Shown: in pieces, positions 27,895 to 37,269 of the stretch
Layout: each line of letters starts with the position of its first letter
Numbering within the stretch: position 1 is the stretch's first letter
Source: an uncultured virus (IMG/VR IMGVR_UViG_3300044613_002265)
Taxonomy: Duplodnaviria; Heunggongvirae; Uroviricota; Caudoviricetes
Length of the DNA: 64,000 bases
IMG/VR virus record: IMGVR_UViG_3300044613_002265
Reading direction: 5' to 3' (one strand)
The notes under the pieces: generated by a model
Seen by the model: only the letters and a program-made list of their open reading frames with translations
Databases searched by the model: none
What the model was told of the DNA's origin: nothing
Position numbers and translations under genes: made by a program

Positions 27895-28269
27895 TCAGGC
27901 CACGCCCGCTGGCAGCGGCATCCAGTGCGTGGGCTGCGGCTTGAACGTCGCCAGCGAGTCGGTCTTGCAGAACACGCCGCTCGCGTCGCAGCAGCCGACG
28001 GAGACCGAGTCTTTGACGCAGACCAGCACTGGCTCGTCGACGTCAGGAAGCCGAGACTTGGCCTTGATCCACGGAGACTCGTCTTTCTTCGGCTTTCGCT
28101 TCGGCGCATCGGACTCAGCGAGCATCATGCTCAGTTCAAGTCGCGACGTGCCTGAGTATTCCTGAGTCACGGCGACGCCTGTGATCCACCCCGTGACGTT
28201 GCTGGGCCACGCCCCGCCGTACTGGGACGCGACATAGTCGAGGATCGCAGCCGAGAGTTCGTCGTTCAT
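27895..28269 (-). CDS. DUF551-domain protein
   Basis: WIKAKSRLPDVDEPVLV...PTHWMPLP. Confidence 0.75.
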   Translation of the reverse strand: MNDELSAAILDYVASQYGGAWPSNVTGWITGVAVTQEYSGTSRLELSMMLAESDAPKRKPKKDESPWIKAKSRLPDVDEPVLVCVKDSVSVGCCDASGVFCKTDSLATFKPQPTHWMPLPAGVA

Positions 28270-28466
28270 GCGTCGTCCTCCAGCCACTTCGCCGCCTTGA
28301 CGAGCCATTCGGCGTACCGTCGCAGCGAGTCGGCCGACTGCTTGCCGTCGTAGATGTCGAGCAGGGCATCAACGACTCTCTCGCCGTCGTGGGCAATCAC
28401 GCACGCAGCGCGACTCGTCGCAGTCGAAATCTTCCGTGGCTTCGTCGCAGCATTCTTCGTCTTCAT
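28266..28466 (-). CDS. Hypothetical protein
   Basis: MKTKNAATKPRK...AEWLVKAAKWLEDDA; ATGA coupling. Confidence 0.5.
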   Translation of the reverse strand: MKTKNAATKPRKISTATSRAACVIAHDGERVVDALLDIYDGKQSADSLRRYAEWLVKAAKWLEDDA

Positions 28467-28671
28467 CGTCTTCGACTCCCTCCGCGTTGACGTTGAACAC
28501 CCAGTGGACACCGCTGGCGTAGATCGACAGGTCGCATTCCTCCCTGAGAAGGGCTGGCGGCAGCCGTCGCGAGCCTTCGTCGAGACGGGCGGTCTCGTTC
28601 TCGAAGTACTGCTGCTCCGACTCCAGATACACGAACACTTCGTCATCCATTTTTTCGACGATGAGTCTCAC
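28369..28671 (-). CDS. Very acidic hypothetical protein
   Basis: VRLIVEKMDDEVFVYLESEQQYFENE...; overlaps the next ORF in another frame. Confidence 0.45.
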   Translation of the reverse strand: MRLIVEKMDDEVFVYLESEQQYFENETARLDEGSRRLPPALLREECDLSIYASGVHWVFNVNAEGVEDDEDEECCDEATEDFDCDESRCVRDCPRRRESR

Positions 28672-28900
28672 GATCGCGTCTCCATGACAAAGCGGGGAAC
28701 GGCCATACGAGAGAGAATCCACACGCACGAGAGCAGGCAGAGGGACTCCAGCGACGTCACTCGCGTCAGGCCGAACACGGACGGAGCGAATCCGTTCCAG
28801 GCGAGCGTGAACACGAGCGAGGCCGCCATGAGAACAACAGCCCATGCCAAGATCGCGACGATGAACCGGACGACGACCTCGGCGGCTGAACCTGAATCAC
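28668..28900 (-). CDS. Small membrane protein (2 TM segments)
   Basis: VVVRFIVAILAWAVVLMAASLVFTLAWN...LCLLSCVWIL. Confidence 0.55.
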
Positions 28901-29181
28901 TGCCCACGGTGTGCGTCTCCGTACAAACGAATCTCTTCCTTGAGTCTCTCCACGTACACGGCGGCATCGAGCAATTCTTCTTGGAGATGCTGGAGCCATC
29001 CGGCGAGGCCGATGTCGGTGCGGTCAGTGGTCGTGCCGTACTTTCGGTGTCCAGACTCCGAGCGGGCCAGAAGGGCCGCGCGGACCCGCATCACGTTGGT
29101 GTCGGGCAACTGGCAGCAACCGCCGTCGGAAGGCGGCGAGACGCGCCGGGGTGGGCCGAAGAGTCTTTGGAGCAGCGACAT
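28897..29181 (-). CDS. All-alpha NTP-PPase (MazG/dUTPase-like) small phage protein
   Basis: RSESGHRKYGTT.DR.D....WLQHLQEELLDAAVYVE. Confidence 0.6.
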   Translation of the reverse strand: MSLLQRLFGPPRRVSPPSDGGCCQLPDTNVMRVRAALLARSESGHRKYGTTTDRTDIGLAGWLQHLQEELLDAAVYVERLKEEIRLYGDAHRGQ

Positions 29182-29211
29182 GCCCGGAGTGTATGGACAC
29201 GCAAACGACGG

Positions 29212-29658
29212 TCAAGTTTTTTTTCGCCGCCTTGGGGAGCGACCGGCAGGCCTCTTCTTTGGTGAGCACCGCTCTCCGACTCGCCTACGCCTGCCGTACT
29301 GCGGCGGGCTGGCGAGATACTCGCGGATGTTTCTTTCGCACGACTCGCGGTCGACCGCCCAGGCTTTGTCGTTCAGCCGGAATCCCTTTAGTCGGCCGTC
29401 GGCCAGCATGCGTCCGATCATGGCGTCGGTGACGCACACGATGTCGCATGCCTCGGGGACGCTGATCCACCGCCGGCACGTCCGCTTGAACGCCTCAAGG
29501 TTGCAATCCTGCCCCAGGACCGACTCGTGGCAGACCAACAGTCCCTTGCCGCTCAGAGGGACCGCCAGAACCCGCCCCTTGGCGATTCGCTTCAGAACCG
29601 CGACTGGTGAGATTTGAAGTATTTCAGCCGCCTGAGACACGGAAATAGGCTGCTTCAT
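29212..29658 (-). CDS. Double HTH_17 (excisionase/MerR-like) DNA-binding protein
   Basis: ISVSQAAEILQISPVAVLKRIAKG and ISVPEACDIVCVTDAMIGRMLADGRL; divergent from the integrase unit. Confidence 0.75.
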   Translation of the reverse strand: MKQPISVSQAAEILQISPVAVLKRIAKGRVLAVPLSGKGLLVCHESVLGQDCNLEAFKRTCRRWISVPEACDIVCVTDAMIGRMLADGRLKGFRLNDKAWAVDRESCERNIREYLASPPQYGRRRRVGERCSPKKRPAGRSPRRRKKT

Positions 29659-29686
29659 GGGTTTGTCTCTCCGTACATTCAGCCCA

Positions 29687-29710
29687 AAAAACTGACCCCC
29701 GAAGGGGCCA
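29687..29710 (-). terminator. Intrinsic terminator with UUCG tetraloop
   Basis: UGGCCCC-UUCG-GGGGUCA-GUUUUU. Confidence 0.65.
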
Positions 29711-29800
29711 GCCTTGACAGTGCAATGGCGGGGGTGGGATTATTCGATCGTCCGCAGCGGCAACGGAATCGCTGCAATGCTCACGCACGGAGGATTGGAA

Positions 29801-29965
29801 ATGATCGTCAGGCTTTCCCACGTCGACCAGAAGTACGTTCTGCTTGAGGCGATCGAAGACTTCATTGCGAAGTGCGACGCGAAGAAGCAGTGGCGAGCGG
29901 TCGACGCGGCCAGAGACCTGTACGAGCAAGTGAACAAGGTGACAAAGAAAGCACAGTCGGAATAA
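29801..29965 (+). CDS. Small hypothetical protein upstream of integrase
   Basis: GGAGG then ATG at 29801 (MIVRLSHVDQKY...). Confidence 0.5.
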   Translation: MIVRLSHVDQKYVLLEAIEDFIAKCDAKKQWRAVDAARDLYEQVNKVTKKAQSE

Positions 29966-30065
29966 AAACTCCGCACCGTTGGTCATGGCAAGATGTAACC
30001 CTACCCATGACGGGTAGGCGCCCGCGAAAGGACTCGCATACTCCCCATATGCAGGAGATGCGACG

Positions 30066-30932
30066 ATGACTCTCAGCCAGTTTTTCGACGATTTCTACCG
30101 CCCCCTCAAGTTGCGGGGACGCAGCGACAACACGGCGAGGCTCTACGCGAACACGCTGAAGCAGTTCGCCAAGTACCTCGGGCGGCCCGCCACGATCGAG
30201 GACGATCTCAACGACCTAGCCGTCTCGCGATACCTCTCGCATCGAGCGAGAGAGCGAAGCGTGTTCACGGCCGAAAAAGAAAGGTCGCAGATACTCGCTC
30301 TGTGGCGATGCGCGGCTGACCGTCGGCTCATCGACATGCGGCCATGCGTTCCGCCGACTCCGATCCCCCTGCGTGTGCCGACAGCCTGGAGCATCGACCA
30401 ACTCAAGGCCCTTCTCGCGACTGCCAAGGTAATGAAAGGCAAGGTCGGCGACGTGCCCGCGCACATCTGGTGGACCGCGCTCATTCAAGTTCTCTGGCAG
30501 AGCGCAGAGCGTATCGGCGCGATCATGTCCGTGATGAAGGAGGACTACACGAGGCCGATCATCCTCGTTCGCGCCGAGTGCCGAAAGGGAGGCAAGCGGG
30601 ACAAACTCTACACGTTCACGGACCCGGTCTGCGATCTGCTCGACGTCCTGAAGAAGTCAGGCAACGGCACGCAACTCTTCGCGTGGCCGAGAGGGTACGA
30701 GTACCTGTGGAATCGCTTCGGCAAGATCGTCAAGGCGGCCGGGCTCGAAGGCGGGAGACGCAGCAAGTTTCATCAACTGAGACGCTCGGCCGCGACTCAC
30801 TTCGCTGCTCGTGGTGGCGATCCTACAGCCCTGCTTGATCACAGTTCGCCTCGGATCACCAAGGCGTACCTCGATCCGCGATTTATCGACACGGGCCCGA
30901 AGCCGTGCGAAGTCTTGCCTGGACTTGACTAG
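30066..30932 (+). CDS. int: Tyrosine recombinase / phage integrase
   Basis: SAERIGAI (R), KGGK (K), FHQLRRSAAT (HxxR), LLDHSS...KAYLD (H, Y); AGGAG SD. Confidence 0.9.
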   Translation: MTLSQFFDDFYRPLKLRGRSDNTARLYANTLKQFAKYLGRPATIEDDLNDLAVSRYLSHRARERSVFTAEKERSQILALWRCAADRRLIDMRPCVPPTPIPLRVPTAWSIDQLKALLATAKVMKGKVGDVPAHIWWTALIQVLWQSAERIGAIMSVMKEDYTRPIILVRAECRKGGKRDKLYTFTDPVCDLLDVLKKSGNGTQLFAWPRGYEYLWNRFGKIVKAAGLEGGRRSKFHQLRRSAATHFAARGGDPTALLDHSSPRITKAYLDPRFIDTGPKPCEVLPGLD

Positions 30933-31123
30933 CCAAGCGGCGGCTCGGGGATGGCGTGCCAGTGCGTCGGCGGAATCAGTTCGGCGACGTCGTCGTCTGA
31001 CTCCCAGTACTGGCCGCATTCGTCCCCCATCAGCCTTGCGATCGTCACAGTGCTGCCGTTCCAAACAAGCACGTCGTCGCCGAGTTGCGGTAATTTATCC
31101 CCGCAGGAAAACCATTCAGACAT
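30929..31123 (-). CDS. DUF551-domain protein
   Basis: WFSCGDKLP...VLVW...PTHWHAIPEPP. Confidence 0.8.
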   Translation of the reverse strand: MSEWFSCGDKLPQLGDDVLVWNGSTVTIARLMGDECGQYWESDDDVAELIPPTHWHAIPEPPLG

Positions 31124-31149
31124 GGACTCCTCCTTGGGTCAGCCGCAAC

Positions 31150-31518
31150 CTACGGCATGGCTACAGGAGACGCCAACGGATTTCCGCAGATATCGCCAAA
31201 TGGCGATAAATACACGACTTTCAGGCCAAGGTGGGTCGCCAGGGTCCACTCGACTCGGGCCCCGCCAGACTGCTCCCAGCCAGGCAGCATCGCGATCGCG
31301 TCGGCGTCGCAAAGAGCCGATAGATCGCGACGCAGAGCGTCTCTGAGAAAGGTCTCTGAGACGACCGTCGTCGCCGGGTTGAATCCGACGTCGCGATCGA
31401 GTTGAGCCGGATTGATAACGTCGTGCCCCAGGCCCCGCAGCCTCGATTCAGCCTCGTCGAATGCAGGGAAGTTGAACAGCGGCAGGCCTGTCATTGGGCC
31501 AGCGAGGTAGACTTTCAT
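31150..31518 (-). CDS. DUF4406 / nucleoside 2-deoxyribosyltransferase-like protein
   Basis: MKVYLAGPMTGLPLFNFPAF...INPA...CDADAIAMLPGWEQSGGARVE. Confidence 0.85.
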   Translation of the reverse strand: MKVYLAGPMTGLPLFNFPAFDEAESRLRGLGHDVINPAQLDRDVGFNPATTVVSETFLRDALRRDLSALCDADAIAMLPGWEQSGGARVEWTLATHLGLKVVYLSPFGDICGNPLASPVAMP

Positions 31519-32135
31519 GCGTTGTCTCCGATCGTGTAGTGCTTCGGAGACTTGTCTGAATGCAGGGCCCGCAGCCGCTCGACGTGCGGCGTGAGCCGCT
31601 TGACGACCTCCGCATAGCCGCCGCTGATCTGGCGGTCGTCTTTGAGTTTGCCAGCCGCCTCGGCGTCGACGAGGATCGCGAGGCACGCCAGGGCGGACGA
31701 CAGGTGCGGAACGCCCTCCTCGTCGCACTCGCGCCCCTCAAACCACGCGGCGAGATGCCGCTGGCAGGCGTCCACGTAGATCGACGCCCGTACGCCGACG
31801 ACTCGCCAGTTGGAGCGGCCGTACTTGAGGGCGCCGTTCAGCAAGGCGATTGAGCCCATGGCCGTGGCCGTCGTCGGCCAGAGATGCAGCGGCAGTTTGC
31901 CGGTGCCCACGAGGTCTTTCGGGTTCTCGTCGAATACGCCAGGGAGCGGCGCCGCGCCGTCCATCGTGGCGGCGCTCTTCACGTCGGCTTCGAGTTCGCC
32001 GTCATCGTCGTCGGCGAGAATCGCCTCGTGCTGCAACTTTGAGGCGTTGCGTGCCTCGACGATCTCGCGAATGATCCTGTTGGAGTCGTCGATGTTCTCG
32101 ATGTAGCCGCCGTCGATTGCCGTGACCGTCGCCAT
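31515..32135 (-). CDS. dATP/dGTP diphosphohydrolase-domain protein (DUF5664-like)
   Basis: NPKDLVGTGKLPLHL...GALKYGRSNWR...YVDACQRHL...DEEGVPHLSSALACLAILVDA. Confidence 0.85.
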   Translation of the reverse strand: MATVTAIDGGYIENIDDSNRIIREIVEARNASKLQHEAILADDDDGELEADVKSAATMDGAAPLPGVFDENPKDLVGTGKLPLHLWPTTATAMGSIALLNGALKYGRSNWRVVGVRASIYVDACQRHLAAWFEGRECDEEGVPHLSSALACLAILVDAEAAGKLKDDRQISGGYAEVVKRLTPHVERLRALHSDKSPKHYTIGDNA

Positions 32136-32176
32136 GCGTGGCCTCCTGTGTCCTGGGGCCAGTAAGCGTATCCAGA

Positions 32177-32482
32177 CTACTTGCGGCTACAAGCAGATTT
32201 TTCAGGGTCGAGCCTGTACCCCAGCGAGTAGAGGATCATGGCGAGGTCGCTCGCGGCCTGAGTGACGGCGGCCTCCGAGACAGCGGGCCCGAGACTTGCA
32301 TGAAGTCCTTCGTGGAGTTCGCACTCAAGTCTCGAACGGTGCTTGAGGCCCGAGTGGATCAAGACCTTGCGCTTGTCGTACTCCGTCCAGCCGTCGGCGT
32401 CGCCCTTGAGGGGCGAATATCGCCAGAGCCAGCGGCTGCCGTCGACGCCAATTCGGAAGCGGTGGTCTTCATGATGAGGCAT
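32177..32482 (-). CDS. Small zincin-like (HExxH) protein
   Basis: DGWTEYDKRKVLI...CELHEGLHA. Confidence 0.6.
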   Translation of the reverse strand: MPHHEDHRFRIGVDGSRWLWRYSPLKGDADGWTEYDKRKVLIHSGLKHRSRLECELHEGLHASLGPAVSEAAVTQAASDLAMILYSLGYRLDPEKSACSRK

Positions 32483-32753
32483 CGTCGCCCGCCCCGATAC
32501 CGAGGTATTTCTTGCCCAGTGAGTTCAACTTGGCTTGCCTCTCCGGGCAGTTGCAAGGCATGCCGATAACTGCCGACACGCGGTCTTTTGTGACGCCGAC
32601 AGACTCCAGACCCACGGCGACATAGTCGCCGAGACCAGGCGACGCCTTGCACGCAGCCGTTGGCGGCTTCTCAGACTGAAGACGCACGAGCCTGCCGCAG
32701 CGGGAGCACTGCCAGCCGTCTGTGGATTTCAAAAACAAGCACGACACTCTCAT
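32469..32753 (-). CDS. Small Cys-rich protein at the end of the tail module
   Basis: CSRCG...GLGDYVA...CNCPERQAKLN. Confidence 0.65.
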   Translation of the reverse strand: MRVSCLFLKSTDGWQCSRCGRLVRLQSEKPPTAACKASPGLGDYVAVGLESVGVTKDRVSAVIGMPCNCPERQAKLNSLGKKYLGIGAGDDASS

Positions 32754-35700
32754 GCTGGCGCCAACGAGATTGTGAATGGGCCATTGCCGAGTTCGTAGAA
32801 GATTTCAGTCGTCGAAAGATAATAGCCGGTATCGGCGTTGCAAAAGACAGCCTCCCCGACAACTCCGTTGTTCCACGTAGGCCAGTTATCGTGGTTCACC
32901 GGAATTGCCATCTCAAACTCGCGGTTCAGTAGATCGTTCGGACAAATGCCGACAACCACTCGATTTGCCATTGGCTTGTATCTGGCGGCAAAATTAGCGC
33001 ACTCGTACTCTCCCAGGTCTCCTTGCTGCTGAACCGGAGACTGCGGCGCTGCCGCTCCATCGAGGTGCGAAAAGCCTGCTGTATAAACGCTGCCGTCGAA
33101 CGCAGAAAGCGAGACAGTGATTCGCCACCCAGACGAATTGAGTGCGTAGCCGCTTCCGCCGTTGGTGATCGCCAGTCCAGTAATTTGCCCGAACGTCGGC
33201 GACCCTATTTCCGAATCAACTGTCGCCGTGGCGGTTGCGTTGATGCCACTCTCGCTGGCAAAAGCGACCGTTGGTTCGTCAGCATCCGCCTCGCCAGTGC
33301 CTTGCGCCCTCCAATATGCGCCGCCGTCGTAGAGAACGACAGACTCGACTGGGCCTCTCTTGTAGTACGCCCCGCCGTAAGTCACAGTCACTGACTCGAT
33401 AACGTCACTTGCACGGTAGTACTGACCGCCATCATAAAGGCTCACGCTCGTGATCGCCCCGTTCTCGTCCACGGCAGCATACCCGTAGCCCGGCGACAGT
33501 GCAGTGTCATCTGTTTCAAAATACACATAGTCGCCGTAGCCGTAGCCCGCGCCGCCGCTGCTGACCGTGACTCCAGACACATGCCATGTGTCGCCGCTTT
33601 GGGACAAAGTTGCTGCAAGCACCGCCCCTTGCCCGCCGTAGTAAGAAGAAGCGACAGCAGCCACTTCTGGCTCCTCGCGGCCAGTCGCAATAGTTGCCGA
33701 AGCCCCAAATTGCATCTCACCGTCAACAACCGTAAACACAACCTGTGATCCATCTGCGTACCCTGAGCCGCCGCTCGTGACAGATACAGAATCAACGGCC
33801 CAGAGCGCTGAACCGAAGTTGTCAGCGAACTCCGCGAGCGACACGCTAAACTCTGCCCCCTCGCCGCCGCCTGCTGCCGCAGAGAGCGTTGGCTCTGTAG
33901 TAGACACGACGATGTACCCTTGGGCTTGGTATTCCTCGGTGTCGGCAGTCGAGAACGCGACCATCTCCGCTGGCGAGTACCCTGTGCCGCCGCTGGCAAC
34001 TGCCACCGAAGACACGGACCAGTAGGCCTCATCGCCTGCGCCGTATCCCTGAAGAGTGACGCTCAACGCGGCTCCGGCTCCTGACTCTGTAGCGATCCCA
34101 ACGACCACCTCCGGCTCGACTCGCTCAACAATCTCGACGGCATATCCAAAGCCTTGCGTCAGCATTACAACCGAATCGACACTGCCGTTCTCTCCGATAG
34201 CGGACACCTCTGCTGTAGCCGTGCTACCGTAAGACTTTGTTGGGGGGGATATTTGTATGGCCGTGGAGACTCCGATAGGCGTGAGTCGAACTTCTGCGTC
34301 CTGGCCTAGCGAGCCTCCGCAGTCATGCTCAATCCATGTCGCATAACTCGCGAATGTCGCGCGCATCGGGCTGGGCAGGAGTCCTCGGTAAACGTAGCCG
34401 TCGCAGCCAGCGTACTCAAGATCGAGAATGACGTTCTCTGCGTCCTGAATGACCCCGGAAATGCGATGCAGAATAGGAGGAATCGTGGCCCCAGCGTAGA
34501 GTATCACCGCTGTGGCGTCTCGCGACAGTCCGCACTCGTCGTACAGAGGGCCGCTGATAGTCCAGGGAAAGGCCAGGCCAGCGTTGTTGCGATGGACCGT
34601 CATCTCGCCCATGCCAGACAGAGACAGAGAAATCTGGTCTGGCATTTCGCAGATGTCTGCCCGAGACGGCTCGCTGCACGCCACAGGGCTAAGGGCTGCC
34701 GTGCCGCTCGTCTTGCACCCGACAGGCTGACGATCAAGCGTGGCAGTCGCAATTGCCCCAGCGCCGCCACCGCCGTCGAGTGAGACGAGAGGCGGAACCG
34801 TGTAGCCAGAGCCTCTTTTCGTTACCGTCACTGACTCGACGGACTGCCGCGCGGTGGCGACGGCTGTCGCGCCCGAACCGACGCCGCCGCTGATAGTCAC
34901 AGCGGGCGCTGACGAGTAGCCGCTGCCTCCCGAGCCGATGGTGATAGCGGTAATCCGGCCGTTGCTGATTGCGACGGTCGCCGTGGCGCCGCTCCCGCCG
35001 CCGCCAGAGAAGACGACCGCTGGCGGCTGGCTGCTGCTGTACCCAGAGCCTTGATTGGTGATTGAAACTGAATCAACATAGCCGCGAACCGTTGCTGTTG
35101 CTTCCGCGTTGATGCCGTCGCCAGTGATTATAACACTCGGAGGCGAAGTGTACCCAGAGCCACCGGCTTGCAAGGAAATCGACGCAACTCCTGGGTAGAA
35201 AGACTCGCTTGCAAACGTCAGCGTCTCCCAGTTGCCTCCCTCGGACGACTGAACAGCGTCAACAATGGGCAAGTTGAGGCCGCTGACTACGCTGAGTGAG
35301 TGCGATTCGCCACCGGCGTTGAACGTGATTCGCATAGGTCCGCGAATGTGCGGGTAGCCCAGCGGCACGCACGGCTCGCAACCCCGCCACGTATATTCGC
35401 AAAACGGCGTTGGATAAAACGAGCCACCGTACGCCAAGTCCACAGACTGAACGCCGTCGGGTACATAATACTCGCCGGGGGCAGTAATCTCGACGGACTG
35501 AATGCCGCCGCCTCCGTAGTATTCGCCGCCATTCGTGACATTGACATCGACGATAATGCTTCCGAGCGATGCCGATGCAATTGCGCCGCTCCCGCCGCCT
35601 CCGGAGAAGACAACTTCGGGTTCGCTGACATAGCCTTGCCCCTGCGATGTAAGTTGCAGAGAGATGACGCTCGCGTCAATCCACGCCGACGCTGTTGCGC

Positions 35701-36886
35701 CGGTGCCGCCGCCGCCTGTGATCGTCACGCTGGGTGCGGACTCGTAGCCGAAGCCGGGGCTTGTGAGCGATATGCTCGTCACGGCCCCATCCTCGATGTA
35801 CGCAGCAGCCATTGCCCCCGATCCGCCGCCGCCAGAGAAGACGACGGTCGGATTTGAAGTGTAGCCGGAGCCTCCGTTCGCAATCGCGACGCCATCAACG
35901 CCGCCCCGAATAGCAGCGGTCGCCGCCGCACCGCTGCCGCCGCCGCCGTTGAACGAGACGACCGGCACAGACGTGAACTTCGATCCGCCGCTTGCAAGAC
36001 TTACAGACTCAACCTTGGAAGTTGCCGAGAATGTCGCAGAAGCCGCAGATAGTTCTACAGTGTCAATCCATGTAGTGAAAAGAACCTTGCCTTCATGCGT
36101 GCGATCGCCGTAATAGGGATCAGACTGGCCTGGGGTCGCACTTTTGACGCCCCATGTGTGCCCAGGAGACTCATCCGTAAGGGATACGGGAAGCCGATAG
36201 AAGAAATCTTCGTTTGCGAATGCGAAAACCTGGGGCGTCCGTTTTTCGACGGTAATTTTAGCCGTTGCTACTTTCTGCTCAATCGTGTCCGATTTCTTGG
36301 TGAAAACGATCAAGTCGTCGTCTCGATAGCGACCGCCAGCGCTCTGAATTGTTACGCCGCTTACTCCATATGTTTCTTCGTTTTCCGGGCCAAAGGGCCC
36401 CGAAACGGAAACAGAAAGAGCGGCTCCTTGCCCAGTCGCAGACGACACTGTGGCTGCGAGAGTGGGCATCGCATGGCCCACGACCACATTCACGACTGGC
36501 TCGCCGCTGCACGGGCTTGCCGCAACACTTCCCATCGAGTAAGCGAAGTACGCTCCATTTGTGTATCCGCTCCCCGGCGCCGTCAGTGTGACCGAGGAAA
36601 TTGTGTACTCCTCGGTTGCGGGGTCCATCGACAGTTCCGCCGTGACCTGCGCCCCGCTGCCTTTTGTGCCTTGGTTCGGATAGCCAGCAGGGCGAATAAA
36701 CGGCGATATGGTCGCCGGTGCGTCAAATCGCCGGAGGATGTATGTGCCGTCCAGGTGGTTGCACGTTTGGCATGACTCGACCCCTGGGGCGCCGCCGAAA
36801 CCAGACAGAGTCAACTCAAGGCAGTCATGTGGAGAGTGCTTGCAGACGTGGCACTGACAGCACGGCGAGCATGGAAGGAGTACCAC
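32750..36886 (-). CDS. Large tail fibre/adhesin-like protein with Gly-Ser-Thr-rich repeats
   Basis: Many GSGYTSxPxVxxxGGGGSGAxAxA repeats; Cys-rich N-terminus (VVLLPCSPCCQCHVC); position after distal tail genes. Confidence 0.75.
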   Translation of the reverse strand: MVLLPCSPCCQCHVCKHSPHDCLELTLSGFGGAPGVESCQTCNHLDGTYILRRFDAPATISPFIRPAGYPNQGTKGSGAQVTAELSMDPATEEYTISSVTLTAPGSGYTNGAYFAYSMGSVAASPCSGEPVVNVVVGHAMPTLAATVSSATGQGAALSVSVSGPFGPENEETYGVSGVTIQSAGGRYRDDDLIVFTKKSDTIEQKVATAKITVEKRTPQVFAFANEDFFYRLPVSLTDESPGHTWGVKSATPGQSDPYYGDRTHEGKVLFTTWIDTVELSAASATFSATSKVESVSLASGGSKFTSVPVVSFNGGGGSGAAATAAIRGGVDGVAIANGGSGYTSNPTVVFSGGGGSGAMAAAYIEDGAVTSISLTSPGFGYESAPSVTITGGGGTGATASAWIDASVISLQLTSQGQGYVSEPEVVFSGGGGSGAIASASLGSIIVDVNVTNGGEYYGGGGIQSVEITAPGEYYVPDGVQSVDLAYGGSFYPTPFCEYTWRGCEPCVPLGYPHIRGPMRITFNAGGESHSLSVVSGLNLPIVDAVQSSEGGNWETLTFASESFYPGVASISLQAGGSGYTSPPSVIITGDGINAEATATVRGYVDSVSITNQGSGYSSSQPPAVVFSGGGGSGATATVAISNGRITAITIGSGGSGYSSAPAVTISGGVGSGATAVATARQSVESVTVTKRGSGYTVPPLVSLDGGGGAGAIATATLDRQPVGCKTSGTAALSPVACSEPSRADICEMPDQISLSLSGMGEMTVHRNNAGLAFPWTISGPLYDECGLSRDATAVILYAGATIPPILHRISGVIQDAENVILDLEYAGCDGYVYRGLLPSPMRATFASYATWIEHDCGGSLGQDAEVRLTPIGVSTAIQISPPTKSYGSTATAEVSAIGENGSVDSVVMLTQGFGYAVEIVERVEPEVVVGIATESGAGAALSVTLQGYGAGDEAYWSVSSVAVASGGTGYSPAEMVAFSTADTEEYQAQGYIVVSTTEPTLSAAAGGGEGAEFSVSLAEFADNFGSALWAVDSVSVTSGGSGYADGSQVVFTVVDGEMQFGASATIATGREEPEVAAVASSYYGGQGAVLAATLSQSGDTWHVSGVTVSSGGAGYGYGDYVYFETDDTALSPGYGYAAVDENGAITSVSLYDGGQYYRASDVIESVTVTYGGAYYKRGPVESVVLYDGGAYWRAQGTGEADADEPTVAFASESGINATATATVDSEIGSPTFGQITGLAITNGGSGYALNSSGWRITVSLSAFDGSVYTAGFSHLDGAAAPQSPVQQQGDLGEYECANFAARYKPMANRVVVGICPNDLLNREFEMAIPVNHDNWPTWNNGVVGEAVFCNADTGYYLSTTEIFYELGNGPFTISLAPA

Positions 36887-36888
36887 GG

Positions 36889-37266
36889 CTAGTCGCACTC
36901 CGCAGCGATCACGTAATAGTGGCCGCCAAAAGACGCGATCATCACCCACTTGTTCGCGCCAATGTTTGCGAACTTGTTCCAAACGTCCTCGATCGTCGTC
37001 ACGCCTGCGACTTCGTTCGGCGGCGAGCCGCTGTCGTAGATCGTGATGTCCTGGCTGGCTCCCTTAGTCCACGAAGCCGTTGTCTTCCCCAGGAGGCACT
37101 TAGCGCCGACTGAGAAGGCTCTTGGCAATTCGCTCGGGCTTGAGCCTCGAACGGAGGTCTCGTGATGCAAGACCGCCGCATTGATCCGCTCCGCGTCTCG
37201 AAGCCGGAACTGGACGCCTTGGTCGCCTTTATTGGCCGGTGATTTGCTTTTTGCTGGCCCAAACAT
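36889..37266 (-). CDS. Tail-associated hypothetical protein
   Basis: Position in the tail module; ends YYVIAAECD. Confidence 0.6.
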   Translation of the reverse strand: MFGPAKSKSPANKGDQGVQFRLRDAERINAAVLHHETSVRGSSPSELPRAFSVGAKCLLGKTTASWTKGASQDITIYDSGSPPNEVAGVTTIEDVWNKFANIGANKWVMIASFGGHYYVIAAECD

Positions 37267-37269
37267 GGA

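Noticed and set aside
32750..36886. Diversity-generating retroelement target in the fibre gene
   Set aside because: No reverse transcriptase and no TR/VR pair differing at adenines seen in the window
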